Shown here: piece by piece, positions 1 to 8,724 of the stretch | Layout of the letters: each line of letters starts with the position of its first letter | Position numbering within the stretch: position 1 is the stretch's first letter | DNA from: Candidatus Parcubacteria bacterium | Lineage (GTDB): Bacteria > Patescibacteriota > Minisyncoccia > Minisyncoccales > JAGMDC01 | Direction: 5' to 3' | NCBI GenBank assembly: GCA_023131895.1 | Contig: JAGLYZ010000001.1 | Span: forward strand, 72,957-136,956 | Length of the DNA stretch: 64,000 bases | Notes under the pieces: model-generated | Database searches by the model: none | Told to the model about the DNA's origin: nothing | Seen by the model: only the letters and a program-made list of their open reading frames with translations | Position numbers and translations under genes: made by a program

Positions 1-330
1 ATTACCATGGTAGGCAGGTTTTTAAGAACCACTCACTTAGATGAATTTCCCCAGTTCTGGGGTATTTTAAAGGGGGATTTAAGTTTTGTTGGTCCTAGGC
101 CGGAATGGGAGAAATTAAGTGGAATTTTTGAGAAAGAAATTCCTTTTTATCAACAACGGTATTTAGTGAGGCCAGGATTTACTGGGTGGGCGCAAATACA
201 TTATCCAGCTTCTACCTCTGTTGAAGAGGCGAAAGAAAAATTTCAATACGACCTTTATTATATTAAAAATCGTTCTTTCTTTTTGGACTTGGCTATTTTA
301 TTCAAAACCATTCAGCTTATTTTTAGATAA
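1..330 (+). CDS. Polyprenyl-phosphate sugar transferase (bacterial sugar transferase family), C-terminal part; 5' end lies outside the window
   Basis: Frame is open from the window edge. LDEFPQFWGILKGDLSFVGPRPE and GFTGWAQI motifs are typical of WbaP-type initiating sugar transferases. Confidence 0.8.
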   Translation: MTMVGRFLRTTHLDEFPQFWGILKGDLSFVGPRPEWEKLSGIFEKEIPFYQQRYLVRPGFTGWAQIHYPASTSVEEAKEKFQYDLYYIKNRSFFLDLAILFKTIQLIFR

Positions 331-367
331 AATTGACATTTTTTCAGATATTGTTAATATAAAAAAT

Positions 368-1117
368 ATGGAGCAGGGCATGTATCAAAGAGATAATATG
401 GATGAGATTGATTTGATGGATTATATAAAAGTAATTCTGAAAAGAAGAAAAATGATTTTTGGAATTACTATTTTGGCAGTTGCTGTAGCAGCTGGTTTTA
501 GTTATTATATGCCAAAAGTTTATGAAATTAGTACAAGCTTGGAAGTAGGTATAATGGAAAAACAAGGAAAGGATAGCTTTGAATTGATTGAGGAGCCGAG
601 TCAGATAGTTGCAAAAATAGAGAGCGATGCTTATGGAGTTTTAATTAGAGAACAATTGCAAATTTCAGAACAGGATTATCCTAAAATGAAAACAGAAAAT
701 CCGAAAAACACAAATTTGGTAGTAATGAAAATAGAATCTAACGAACCAAAGTTAGCTAAAACAATTTTAGAAGAAATTGATAATTTAATTTTAAAAGAAC
801 ATCAAGAAAAGTTAGATAAGAAAAAATCAGAGATTAAGGAAAACATAGAGGAAATTCAAGCAGAATTAAATTTCTTGGAGACAAAAAAATACTATTCAGA
901 AGGAATTGCTCAATTACAAATCAAACTTGTAAATTTGAAAAATCAGACGAATACCATCCAAATAACAAAAGTAGTGAAAAAGCCCATAATTCCGGAACAA
1001 CCAGTAAAACCAAGACCTTTGTTAAATATAGTTATTGTAGCTGTTTTAGGCTTGTTTGTTGGAACATTTTTAGCTTTTTTCAAAGAAATGTGGGAAAAAG
1101 AGAAAAATTTAGCTTAA
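368..1117 (+). CDS. Wzz-like polysaccharide chain-length determinant / co-polymerase protein
   Basis: ATG at 368 avoids overlap with the upstream gene. N-terminal DEIDLMDYIKVILKRRKMIF followed by a TM segment, a long coiled-coil periplasmic region, and a C-terminal TM after a proline-rich stretch. Confidence 0.6.
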   Translation: MEQGMYQRDNMDEIDLMDYIKVILKRRKMIFGITILAVAVAAGFSYYMPKVYEISTSLEVGIMEKQGKDSFELIEEPSQIVAKIESDAYGVLIREQLQISEQDYPKMKTENPKNTNLVVMKIESNEPKLAKTILEEIDNLILKEHQEKLDKKKSEIKENIEEIQAELNFLETKKYYSEGIAQLQIKLVNLKNQTNTIQITKVVKKPIIPEQPVKPRPLLNIVIVAVLGLFVGTFLAFFKEMWEKEKNLA

Positions 1118-1153
1118 AACAAATAGTAATTCGATATATTATCCTATAGAAAA

Positions 1154-1180
1154 ATTACTGAATTATTCAGTAATTTTTTT
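1154..1180 (+). terminator. Intrinsic terminator after the wzz-like gene
   Basis: Perfect hairpin ATTACTGAAT/ATTCAGTAAT followed by a T7 run. Confidence 0.7.
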
Positions 1181-1253
1181 ATTTCAGCCGCAAAAATGCC
1201 TTGCTGCTTTTAGTATCCCGCTTTGATTTAAATCGAGGCTGGTTTTTATAAAG

Positions 1254-1331
1254 CAAAAAACCCCGGAAACCGGGATCTTTTGCCGACAAAGAATGGAGCT
1301 CCTTTGATTTCTCATAGGAACCACACTCACT
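1254..1331 (-). ncRNA. Candidate ~78-nt small RNA of unknown class
   Basis: Minus-strand TTGACA (1366-1361), 17-nt spacer, TAACAT (1343-1338). Ends in a CCCGG-TTT-CCGGG hairpin plus T6. No convincing ORF. Confidence 0.3.
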
Positions 1332-1374
1332 AATTTAATGTTAGCAAATTCAAACTTTTATGTCAACCCCGATA

Positions 1375-2541
1375 CTACGAGGACTGTCCTTGTAGTGTTA
1401 ATAAAACTGATTTTATCATTTTAATTATTTCTTTGATGTCTTTTTTCTGAAAGTGATTTTGCAAAGGGAAATTAATAATCCTCTGGCTGATATCAACTGT
1501 ATTAGGAAATTGACGCAAATCTAATTTATATTTTTTCTGCGCTTCTGGATTAAGGATTATTGGCTGGTGCCACATTCTCGTACAAAAGATGCCTTTTTTT
1601 TGCAGCCCTTTTATAAAATCGTTTCTTTTTTCTTTTATTTTTTTTGGCATTAAAGCAGATAAGTAGCCAAAACTATTGTTTTTTGATTTTTGCGTTTCAA
1701 AGCCCAAGGACTTAAGTTCTTTTTGAAAAAAGCTGGCCAGTTTAATTCTTTTTTTTAAGTTTTTTTGATGTTCTTCAAAAAAACAGGAAAACAAATTTAA
1801 AGAAACCTGGTTAATTCCTCCAATTTTAAACAGTTTTTCTTTTCTAATCATTTTTGGAGCGATTTTACTGCCGAATTTTTTAAAGATATATGCCCAGAAA
1901 GGGAAGCAGTTTAAAAAAGAAAGAATATCCCTGAAAGAAAAACTAGTTTTTTCCAATTCAATTTCCCAGTCATTCGGGCAGACCAGCATTCCGCCTCTTA
2001 TAGTAGGCAGAGATTTGTATAAACTGAACAAGGCGGCATCACCGAAATTTCCAAGATAAGTTTCATTTTGCTTTGCTCCCAAGCTATGGGCGCAGTCCTC
2101 AATTATTTTCAGATTGTGTTTTTTGGCAATCGCTGTAATCTTTTTTATATTATTCGGAAGTCCGTAGATATGCGGAACAAAAACAGCTTTTGTCTTAGGA
2201 GTGATTTTCTTTTCTATTGTTTCAATTTTGATATTAAAACTTTTGATATCAGCATCTATAAAAATCGGTTTGATATTATATTTTTTAAAAATAGGAAAGA
2301 AAATGTCGCAAACATAAGCAGGAAAAAGGATTTGGCTGTCTCTTAAATTCATTTTTTCAATTATAATCCTGAAAGCTGATCTTCCCATATCAGTGAAAAT
2401 AATTTGTTTTTCTGGAAAACAAAAAGAAAGCTTTTTATTTAAAGCTTTTAAATCAGCGGACTGTAAAAAAGAAAAAAAGATTTCCTTAAGTTTTTTTTTC
2501 TTTAAATTTATTTGCGGATGGACAAAATACATTTTCATCAT
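1375..2541 (-). CDS. DegT/DnrJ/EryC1/StrS-family PLP-dependent sugar aminotransferase
   Basis: Family-typical length and motifs (IIEDCAHSLGAK, FSLYKSLPT with the candidate PLP lysine). Start placed at the MMKMYF ATG pair at 2541 rather than the longest ORF. Confidence 0.7.
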   Translation of the reverse strand: MMKMYFVHPQINLKKKKLKEIFFSFLQSADLKALNKKLSFCFPEKQIIFTDMGRSAFRIIIEKMNLRDSQILFPAYVCDIFFPIFKKYNIKPIFIDADIKSFNIKIETIEKKITPKTKAVFVPHIYGLPNNIKKITAIAKKHNLKIIEDCAHSLGAKQNETYLGNFGDAALFSLYKSLPTIRGGMLVCPNDWEIELEKTSFSFRDILSFLNCFPFWAYIFKKFGSKIAPKMIRKEKLFKIGGINQVSLNLFSCFFEEHQKNLKKRIKLASFFQKELKSLGFETQKSKNNSFGYLSALMPKKIKEKRNDFIKGLQKKGIFCTRMWHQPIILNPEAQKKYKLDLRQFPNTVDISQRIINFPLQNHFQKKDIKEIIKMIKSVLLTLQGQSS

Positions 2542-2585
2542 TGAATATGATAGCATATTAAATAAAAGTTTGCTATAATAAAAAT

Positions 2586-2640
2586 GGCCGGGAGCCAAGC
2601 ACTCACTAAAGACTTAGAATTGGAGTCAACTCTCCCGGCC
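2586..2640 (+). promoter_or_regulatory. GC-clamped hairpin in the degT/murB divergent intergenic region (murB leader)
   Basis: GGCCGGGAG pairs with CTCCCGGCC (9 bp) around a 37-nt loop, followed by TTTT. Preceded by an extended -10 TGCTATAAT at 2569-2577. Confidence 0.3.
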
Positions 2641-2654
2641 TTTTAAAACTAAAA

Positions 2655-3548
2655 ATGAAAAGTTTAAAGTTTAAAAAAAATGTTCAATTGAAGAATTACA
2701 CTACCTTTAAGATTGGCGGACCAGCGAAATATTTTTATATTGCCAAAACTGCAAATGACTTAATCAAAGCAATTAAGGCAGTAAAAGAACTAGGGCTGGA
2801 TTTTTTTATTTTAGGCAAAGGAAGCAATATTTTAGCAGCAGACAAAGGATATGATGGATTAGTGATTAAAATCCAAAGTCCAAATTATTCCAAATTATTC
2901 CAAATAAAAACCAAATTTCAAAATCCAAAAATTTATGTTGAAGCTGGGATGCCTTTATCTTTACTGGTTTCTAAAACAGCAGAGAAAGGACTAACTGGTA
3001 TGGAATGGGCAATAGGAATTCCAGGCACTGTTGGCGGTGCAATTAGGGGCAATGCCGGCGCTTTTGAACAATCAATTTCTGATATTGTTAAAAAAGTAAA
3101 ATGTTTGGATATTAAAAATTTAGAATCCAAAACTTTGAAAAATAAGGATTGTAAATTTAAATACAGGGATAGTATTTTTAAGCATAAGAAAAATTTGATT
3201 ATTCTTTCAGCGGAAATTGAAATGAAAAAAGGTGATAAAAAAGAAATTAGAAAAAGAGCAATGGAAAACCTAAAATGGAGAAAACACAACCAGCCCTTGG
3301 ATTTTCCTTCAGCTGGTTCTATATTCCAAAACCACAAGAGACATTCTGCTGGCTGGCTGATTGAACAATGCGGCTTAAAAGGAAAGAAAGCTGGCAAAGC
3401 CCAAATTTCTAAAAAACATGCTAACTTTATTGTCAATTTAGATAATGCCAAAGCTGAAGATGTTTTGAAATTAATAAATTTAGCAAAGAAAAAAGTAAAA
3501 CAAAAATTCGGCATTGAATTAAAAGAAGAAATAGAATATTTGGAATAA
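2655..3548 (+). CDS. murB: UDP-N-acetylenolpyruvoylglucosamine reductase
   Basis: NYTTFKIGGPAKYF, FILGKGSNIL, GIPGTVGGAIRGNAGA and PSAGSIFQN motifs of the MurB FAD-binding and C-terminal domains. Confidence 0.9.
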   Translation: MKSLKFKKNVQLKNYTTFKIGGPAKYFYIAKTANDLIKAIKAVKELGLDFFILGKGSNILAADKGYDGLVIKIQSPNYSKLFQIKTKFQNPKIYVEAGMPLSLLVSKTAEKGLTGMEWAIGIPGTVGGAIRGNAGAFEQSISDIVKKVKCLDIKNLESKTLKNKDCKFKYRDSIFKHKKNLIILSAEIEMKKGDKKEIRKRAMENLKWRKHNQPLDFPSAGSIFQNHKRHSAGWLIEQCGLKGKKAGKAQISKKHANFIVNLDNAKAEDVLKLINLAKKKVKQKFGIELKEEIEYLE

Positions 3549-3700
3549 TTAAAAATTTTATAGTTATCCACATTGACAAAGTTTTTTAAAATGAAAAAAT
3601 AAAGTAATAAATTTAAATGGCAAATACAAGTCGAGTATTTGTCCTAGATAAAACTAGCTGTTCTTAAAAAACGCAAAATGTGATTTTTAAGATAATTAAG

Positions 3701-3796
3701 ATGGCTAAGAAAAAAAAGAAGAAGAAGAAGAAATAAATTTCTTCTCCAACCCCCTCCTTTTCGCGCTTGCGCAAAAGAAGGGGGTTGTTTTTTTTG
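3701..3796 (+). promoter_or_regulatory. Mini-ORF MAKKKKKKKKK (3701-3736) followed by a strong terminator-like hairpin, directly upstream of secA
   Basis: ATG GCT (AAR)9 TAA, then AACCCCCTCCTTTT...AAAAGAAGGGGGTT hairpin plus T8 (3748-3796). No good SD for the mini-ORF. Confidence 0.3.
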
Positions 3797-3821
3797 AGAA
3801 AAATACTAAAATTAAGTTATT

Positions 3822-6356
3822 ATGAAAATTTTATCAAAACTATTCGGTGATGCTAATGAAAAATATTTAAAAAAGATTCAACCAATTGTTGATGAGATAA
3901 ACAGCCTTGAATTGCAATTCAAGGATTTTTCTAATGAAAAGCTTCGTTCAAAATCAGAAGAATTCAAAGAAGAATTAAAAAAAGGCAAGACGCTTGATGA
4001 TATATTGCCAAGAGCTTTTGCATTAGTGCGAGAGGCGGCAAAAAGAACTTTAAATCAAAGGCATTTTGATGTCCAAATAATCGGCGGCATTGTTTTACAC
4101 CAAGGTAAAATCGCGGAAATGAAAACTGGAGAAGGAAAAACATTAGCTTCTACTCTGCCAATTTATTTAAATGCTTTAACAGATAAAGGCGTTCATGTGG
4201 TAACAGTTAATGATTATTTAACTAAAAGAGATACTGTCTGGATGGGGCAGATATACGACTTTCTTGGGTTGTCAGTTGGGTGCATTGTTCATGATACTGC
4301 TTATATTTATGATCCTAACTTTGGCAAGTCAGAAATCTCAAACAATGAAAGAGATGAAGAAAGAGATATTCTTGGCGGTTTTAAAGTGAGTGAGAGTTAC
4401 TTGCGTCCATGTTCAAGGAAGGATGCATACCAAGCAGATATTACTTATGGCACCAACAATGAATTTGGTTTTGATTGTTTAAGGGATAATATGGTTTATG
4501 AATTAAAAGACAAAGCTCAGCGAGAATTTGATTTCGCGATTGTTGATGAAGTTGATTCAATTTTAATTGATGAGGCTAGAACGCCTTTAATCATTTCAGC
4601 TCCTGATATAGAAGCCACAAAAATGTATTCAGAATTTGCCAGTATTATTCCTAAGTTGAATAAAGAAACTGATTATGAAATTGATGAAAAAATGAAAGCA
4701 GTTACTCTTACTGAACCAGGCATTGAAAAAATAGAGAAAATTTTAGGCATGGAAAATATTTATCAAGAAAAAGGCATTAAATATCTGCATCATTTGGAAC
4801 AGTCCTTGCGCGCCCAAGCGCTTTTTAAAAAAGACAAAGATTATGTGGTGAAACCTGCCTCGCCGCAAGGCGGGGACGGGCAAGTTATTATTGTTGATGA
4901 TTTTACCGGCCGCTTGCTTCCAGGCCGTCGTTATTCCGGTGGACTGCATCAGGCGATTGAGGCAAAAGAAGGAGTTGATGTCCAGCCAGAATCAAAAACA
5001 TTAGCTTCAATTACTTTTCAGAATTATTTCCGGCTTTACAATAAGCTAGCTGGAATGACAGGAACAGCAGCCACTTCAGGCGAAGAATTTGACAAAGTTT
5101 ATGGTTTGGAAGTTGTTATTATACCGACAAACAAGCCAATGGTTCGCGAGGTATTGCCGGATAGAATTTATAAAACAGAAAACGGAAAATTTAAATCAGT
5201 TGTGTCAGAGATTAAGAAAAGGCATGAGACAGGCCAGCCAATTCTGGTTGGCACCACTTCTATTGAAAAGAATGAGTATCTTGGCAAGCTGTTAGATATG
5301 GAAGGAATTCCTCATCAGATTTTAAACGCCAAGCATCATCAGAAAGAAGGAGAAATTATTGCCCAGGCAGGCAGATATAAGGCAGTAACTATTGCTACTA
5401 ATATGGCTGGAAGAGGAGTAGATATAATTTTAGGCGGCAATCCTTTTGATAAAGAGGAGGCAGAAAAAGTTATTAAAAGCAATGGTCTTTGCGTTATTGG
5501 CACAGATAGGCATGAAGCGAGGAGAATTGATAATCAGCTTAGGGGCAGGTCTGGAAGGCAGGGTGATCCTGGCTCTTCCCAGTTCTTTGTTTCTTTGGAA
5601 GATGATTTGCTAAGGATTTTCGGCGGAGAAAGAATTCAGAAAATGATGGAAATGCTGAAAATTCCAGAAGACCAGCCAATTGAAGCCAAAATGGTTTCAG
5701 GAGTTATTGAATCAGCGCAGGAAAAAATTGAGGGAATGAATTTTGATTTGAGAAAGCATTTATTAGATTATGATGATGTTTTAAATAAACACAGAGAGGT
5801 AATTTATAAGAAGCGGAGGGAAATCTTAGAAAAAGCTCAAGATTCAAAACTTAAAGCTCAAATTCTGGAAATAGTTAAAAAACAAGGGAAAACAGAAGCT
5901 GATTATGAGAAAAAAGAAAAAGAAATAGGTGAGGAGAATATGAGAAAAGTGGAAAAAATTATTTCTTTGCGAACTTTAGATTTTATGTGGATGGACCACT
6001 TGGAAAATATGGAATATTTGCGCGATTCTGTGCGTTTGCGTGCTTACGGACAGAAAGATCCTTTGGTGGAGTATAAAAACGAAGGGCATAAGATGTTTCG
6101 CCAGCTTCTTAATATGATTGAAGCAAATATTGTGGAAACCCTTTTTAAAGTGAGTTTAACCAAGCCTGAAGAAAAAACTGTTCCTAGTCCAGGGATGGAA
6201 TTCAGCCATCCTTCAAGTTCTGCTCCAGGAGTTTCTTCTGCCCGGCCTTCAGTCCAAAGGCCTTTAGGTAAAAGAAAAAAAATCGGCAGGAATGATCCCT
6301 GCCCCTGTGGATCGGGTAAAAAATACAAAAAGTGCTGCTGGCCCAAATATGGATAA
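3822..6356 (+). CDS. secA: Preprotein translocase ATPase SecA
   Basis: MKTGEGKTL Walker [42 protein letters not shown], and C-terminal zinc motif [13 protein letters not shown]. Confidence 0.97.
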   Translation: MKILSKLFGDANEKYLKKIQPIVDEINSLELQFKDFSNEKLRSKSEEFKEELKKGKTLDDILPRAFALVREAAKRTLNQRHFDVQIIGGIVLHQGKIAEMKTGEGKTLASTLPIYLNALTDKGVHVVTVNDYLTKRDTVWMGQIYDFLGLSVGCIVHDTAYIYDPNFGKSEISNNERDEERDILGGFKVSESYLRPCSRKDAYQADITYGTNNEFGFDCLRDNMVYELKDKAQREFDFAIVDEVDSILIDEARTPLIISAPDIEATKMYSEFASIIPKLNKETDYEIDEKMKAVTLTEPGIEKIEKILGMENIYQEKGIKYLHHLEQSLRAQALFKKDKDYVVKPASPQGGDGQVIIVDDFTGRLLPGRRYSGGLHQAIEAKEGVDVQPESKTLASITFQNYFRLYNKLAGMTGTAATSGEEFDKVYGLEVVIIPTNKPMVREVLPDRIYKTENGKFKSVVSEIKKRHETGQPILVGTTSIEKNEYLGKLLDMEGIPHQILNAKHHQKEGEIIAQAGRYKAVTIATNMAGRGVDIILGGNPFDKEEAEKVIKSNGLCVIGTDRHEARRIDNQLRGRSGRQGDPGSSQFFVSLEDDLLRIFGGERIQKMMEMLKIPEDQPIEAKMVSGVIESAQEKIEGMNFDLRKHLLDYDDVLNKHREVIYKKRREILEKAQDSKLKAQILEIVKKQGKTEADYEKKEKEIGEENMRKVEKIISLRTLDFMWMDHLENMEYLRDSVRLRAYGQKDPLVEYKNEGHKMFRQLLNMIEANIVETLFKVSLTKPEEKTVPSPGMEFSHPSSSAPGVSSARPSVQRPLGKRKKIGRNDPCPCGSGKKYKKCCWPKYG

Positions 6357-6388
6357 AATAATACAAACACCGGGTGTTTGTATTATCG

Positions 6389-6415
6389 ACCGCCTTTCGT
6401 TGAAGGCGGTTTTTT
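6389..6415 (+). terminator. Intrinsic terminator after secA
   Basis: ACCGCC...GGCGGT hairpin followed by T6. Confidence 0.7.
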
Positions 6416-6431
6416 GGTAAAATAAAATAAT

Positions 6432-7082
6432 ATGTTTTTCTTGCCAGCCGGGTGTTCAATTTTAATACTCTTTATTCTTTTTCTACCCATTCTTTTTGTT
6501 TTGGGCTTTTTTCATATTATTACTATTGGATTTGAGAATTTAGGCATTTCGCCGGAAGCAACATTTTTATTGCTTGTTTTAATTTTATTTGGTTCAGTAG
6601 TAAATATTCCTTTGACCAGAAAAAAATTAGTTCAAGTTAAAGAATATAGATTTTTTAGTTTTTTTCATAAGCCAAAGCTAATAGAGCAGGGAATAGCTGT
6701 CAATTTAGGCGGAGGAATAATTCCTTTCCTGCTTTGCATTTTCTTTTTGTCTAAAATTCCATTAGAGCCAGTTTTAGCAGCTACTGCTTTTATGATAATT
6801 ATTTGCTATTATCTGGCTCGGATTGTTCCGGGTAGGGGAATAGCTCTGCCATTTTTTGTTCCACCGATTTTTTCAGCTATTTTTGCCTTAATTTTAGCTC
6901 CGGGATTTGCTGCTCCCTGCGCTTTTGTCTCAGGTGTCTTAGGCGCTTTAATCGGCGCTGATATTTTAAATATTAGAAAAGCGCAAAGATTGAGCCCAGG
7001 CTTTATCTCTATTGGCGGAGCCGGCGTGTTTGACGGCATCTTTTTAGTTGGCATTGTTTCATCTCTCTTAACCAGTTTCTAA
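6432..7082 (+). CDS. Polytopic membrane protein, DUF1614-like
   Basis: About 6 TM segments. C-terminal ISIGGAGVFDGIFLVGI resembles the DUF1614 signature as I recall it. Confidence 0.5.
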   Translation: MFFLPAGCSILILFILFLPILFVLGFFHIITIGFENLGISPEATFLLLVLILFGSVVNIPLTRKKLVQVKEYRFFSFFHKPKLIEQGIAVNLGGGIIPFLLCIFFLSKIPLEPVLAATAFMIIICYYLARIVPGRGIALPFFVPPIFSAIFALILAPGFAAPCAFVSGVLGALIGADILNIRKAQRLSPGFISIGGAGVFDGIFLVGIVSSLLTSF

Positions 7083-7130
7083 AGATTTGACATTTTTGAA
7101 TTAAGAGATACAATAAAATAATATTTAAAT

Positions 7131-8558
7131 ATGTCTAAAAAAAGAATCCGTGTCATTATTGTTCTTATTTTTATCCTGGCTTTTTCAGCAGGAAATTTTG
7201 TGGAGCCGAAATATTGGAATAACACAGCTGATGTTATTAATGCCAAGAAAAATGAGATTAGATATATTGAACGCTTAACTAATATTCCACAAATGCCTGA
7301 AAAGGATTTTGTTTTAGGATTGGATTTGCAGGGAGGCACACACTTGGTCTATGAGGCAGATATGTCTAATATTGAGAAAGATGATTATACTTCTTCTTTA
7401 CAGGGATTAAGGGATGTTATTGAAAGGAGAATTAATCTTTTTGGTATTACAGAGCCAGTTGTGCAAGTCCAGAAAACATCAGGCCATCACCGTTTAATTG
7501 TGGAATTAGCCGGAATAGATGATCCAAGCAAAGCAATTGAAATGATTGGCGAAACGCCTTTTTTGGAATTTAGAGAAGAGAGAGATGATATTGATGAGAT
7601 TATAGCCAAGAGAGAAGAAGTAAATAAATATTTTGCCGAAGGAAAAACCCTTGAAGAAATAGATAATATTGTTGAAAACTGGCATTTAGCTTTTGAAGAA
7701 CCTTTTAAATCCACAGATTTAACTGGAAAATACCTTGAAAAATCAGAATTAGGTTTTGGACAAACAGCTTATGAGCCCTTGATCCTGCTTCAGTTTGACG
7801 AGGAGGGTTCAAGGCTTTTTGAAGAATTAACAGAAAGAAATATTGGCAAGCCATTAGCTATTTATATTGACGATATTATGATTTCCAGCCCTACTGTTCA
7901 GGAAAAAATTTCTGGAGGAAAAGCACAAATTACTGGCAAGTTTACTTTAGATGAGGCAAAAGAGCTTGTCCGCAATCTTTCTGCTGGCGCTTTGCCAGTT
8001 CCAATTGCATTGATTTCCCAGCAAACAGTCGGGCCAATTTTAGGAAAGGCCTCTTTAGAAAAATCCCTGACAGCAGGAATTTACGGTTTTCTGGCAATTT
8101 TGTTGTTTTTAATAGTATTTTACCGGGTTCCTGGAATTTTATCTTCAATTGCTTTAGTTATTTATGTTCTCTTAGTTTTAAGTATATTTAAGCTTATGTC
8201 AGTTACTTTAACCTTGGCTGGTATAGGCGGATTTATTTTATCTATTGGAATGGCTGTAGATGCTAATATCTTAATTTTTTCCAGAATGAGAGAGGAATTA
8301 AGAGAAGGAAAAACTTTTTCCCAGAGCGTAGACCAAGGATTTAATCGGGCTTGGCCATCTATTAAAGATGGAAATTTAACTACTCTGATTGTTGCTTTTA
8401 TTTTATTTGCTTTTGGAACAAGCTTTGTGAAAGGCTTTGCTTTGACTTTGAGTTTGGGGATTCTTTTAAGCATGTTTTCTGCCATTTTTATTACTAAAAA
8501 CTTTTTAGAGTATTTTAAAGGAACACGATTAGAAAAATTTGGCAGATTATGGAAATAG
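7131..8558 (+). CDS. secD: Protein translocase subunit SecD
   Basis: LGLDLQGGTHLVYE, LGPILGKASL, and the C-terminal 6-TM SecD/SecF domain (LAGIGGFILSIGMAVDANILIF). Confidence 0.93.
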   Translation: MSKKRIRVIIVLIFILAFSAGNFVEPKYWNNTADVINAKKNEIRYIERLTNIPQMPEKDFVLGLDLQGGTHLVYEADMSNIEKDDYTSSLQGLRDVIERRINLFGITEPVVQVQKTSGHHRLIVELAGIDDPSKAIEMIGETPFLEFREERDDIDEIIAKREEVNKYFAEGKTLEEIDNIVENWHLAFEEPFKSTDLTGKYLEKSELGFGQTAYEPLILLQFDEEGSRLFEELTERNIGKPLAIYIDDIMISSPTVQEKISGGKAQITGKFTLDEAKELVRNLSAGALPVPIALISQQTVGPILGKASLEKSLTAGIYGFLAILLFLIVFYRVPGILSSIALVIYVLLVLSIFKLMSVTLTLAGIGGFILSIGMAVDANILIFSRMREELREGKTFSQSVDQGFNRAWPSIKDGNLTTLIVAFILFAFGTSFVKGFALTLSLGILLSMFSAIFITKNFLEYFKGTRLEKFGRLWK

Positions 8559-8708
8559 TGCTCGGCAATAAAGTTTTAAAGTACCGGCTGTTCAAATCTC
8601 CAGCGAGATTTGCCAGCCTACGCTCTCGCCTCGCTGCTCCGATTTAAAATCGGAGACCATGCCAGCGAGGCTCCGAGAGTTACTTTAAAACCTTATTGTC
8701 TCGCTCAC
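8558..8708. repeat. MITE/REP-like structured element filling the secD-secF spacer
   Basis: Imperfect terminal inverted repeats GTGCTCGGCAATAAAGTTTTAAAGTA (8558-8583) and TACTTTAAAACCTTATTGTCTCGCTCAC (8681-8708). GC-rich nested hairpins inside, including CTCCGATTTAAAATCGGAG at 8637-8655. Confidence 0.5.
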
Positions 8709-8724
8709 TATTATTCGTAGATTT

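Noticed and set aside
221-367. Longer N-terminus of the wzz-like ORF starting at 221
   Set aside because: It overlaps the 3' end of the sugar transferase gene in another frame. The Wzz-type N-terminus begins at the ATG at 368.
2933-3571. Long antisense ORFs inside conserved genes: 2933-3571, 15179-15733, 28118-28609, 51854-52342, 53237-53629 and similar
   Set aside because: Each is fully contained in, and antisense to, a gene with strong family motifs. Their compositions (Phe/Ser/Ile/Leu-rich) are typical of antisense reading of Lys/Glu-rich AT-rich genes.
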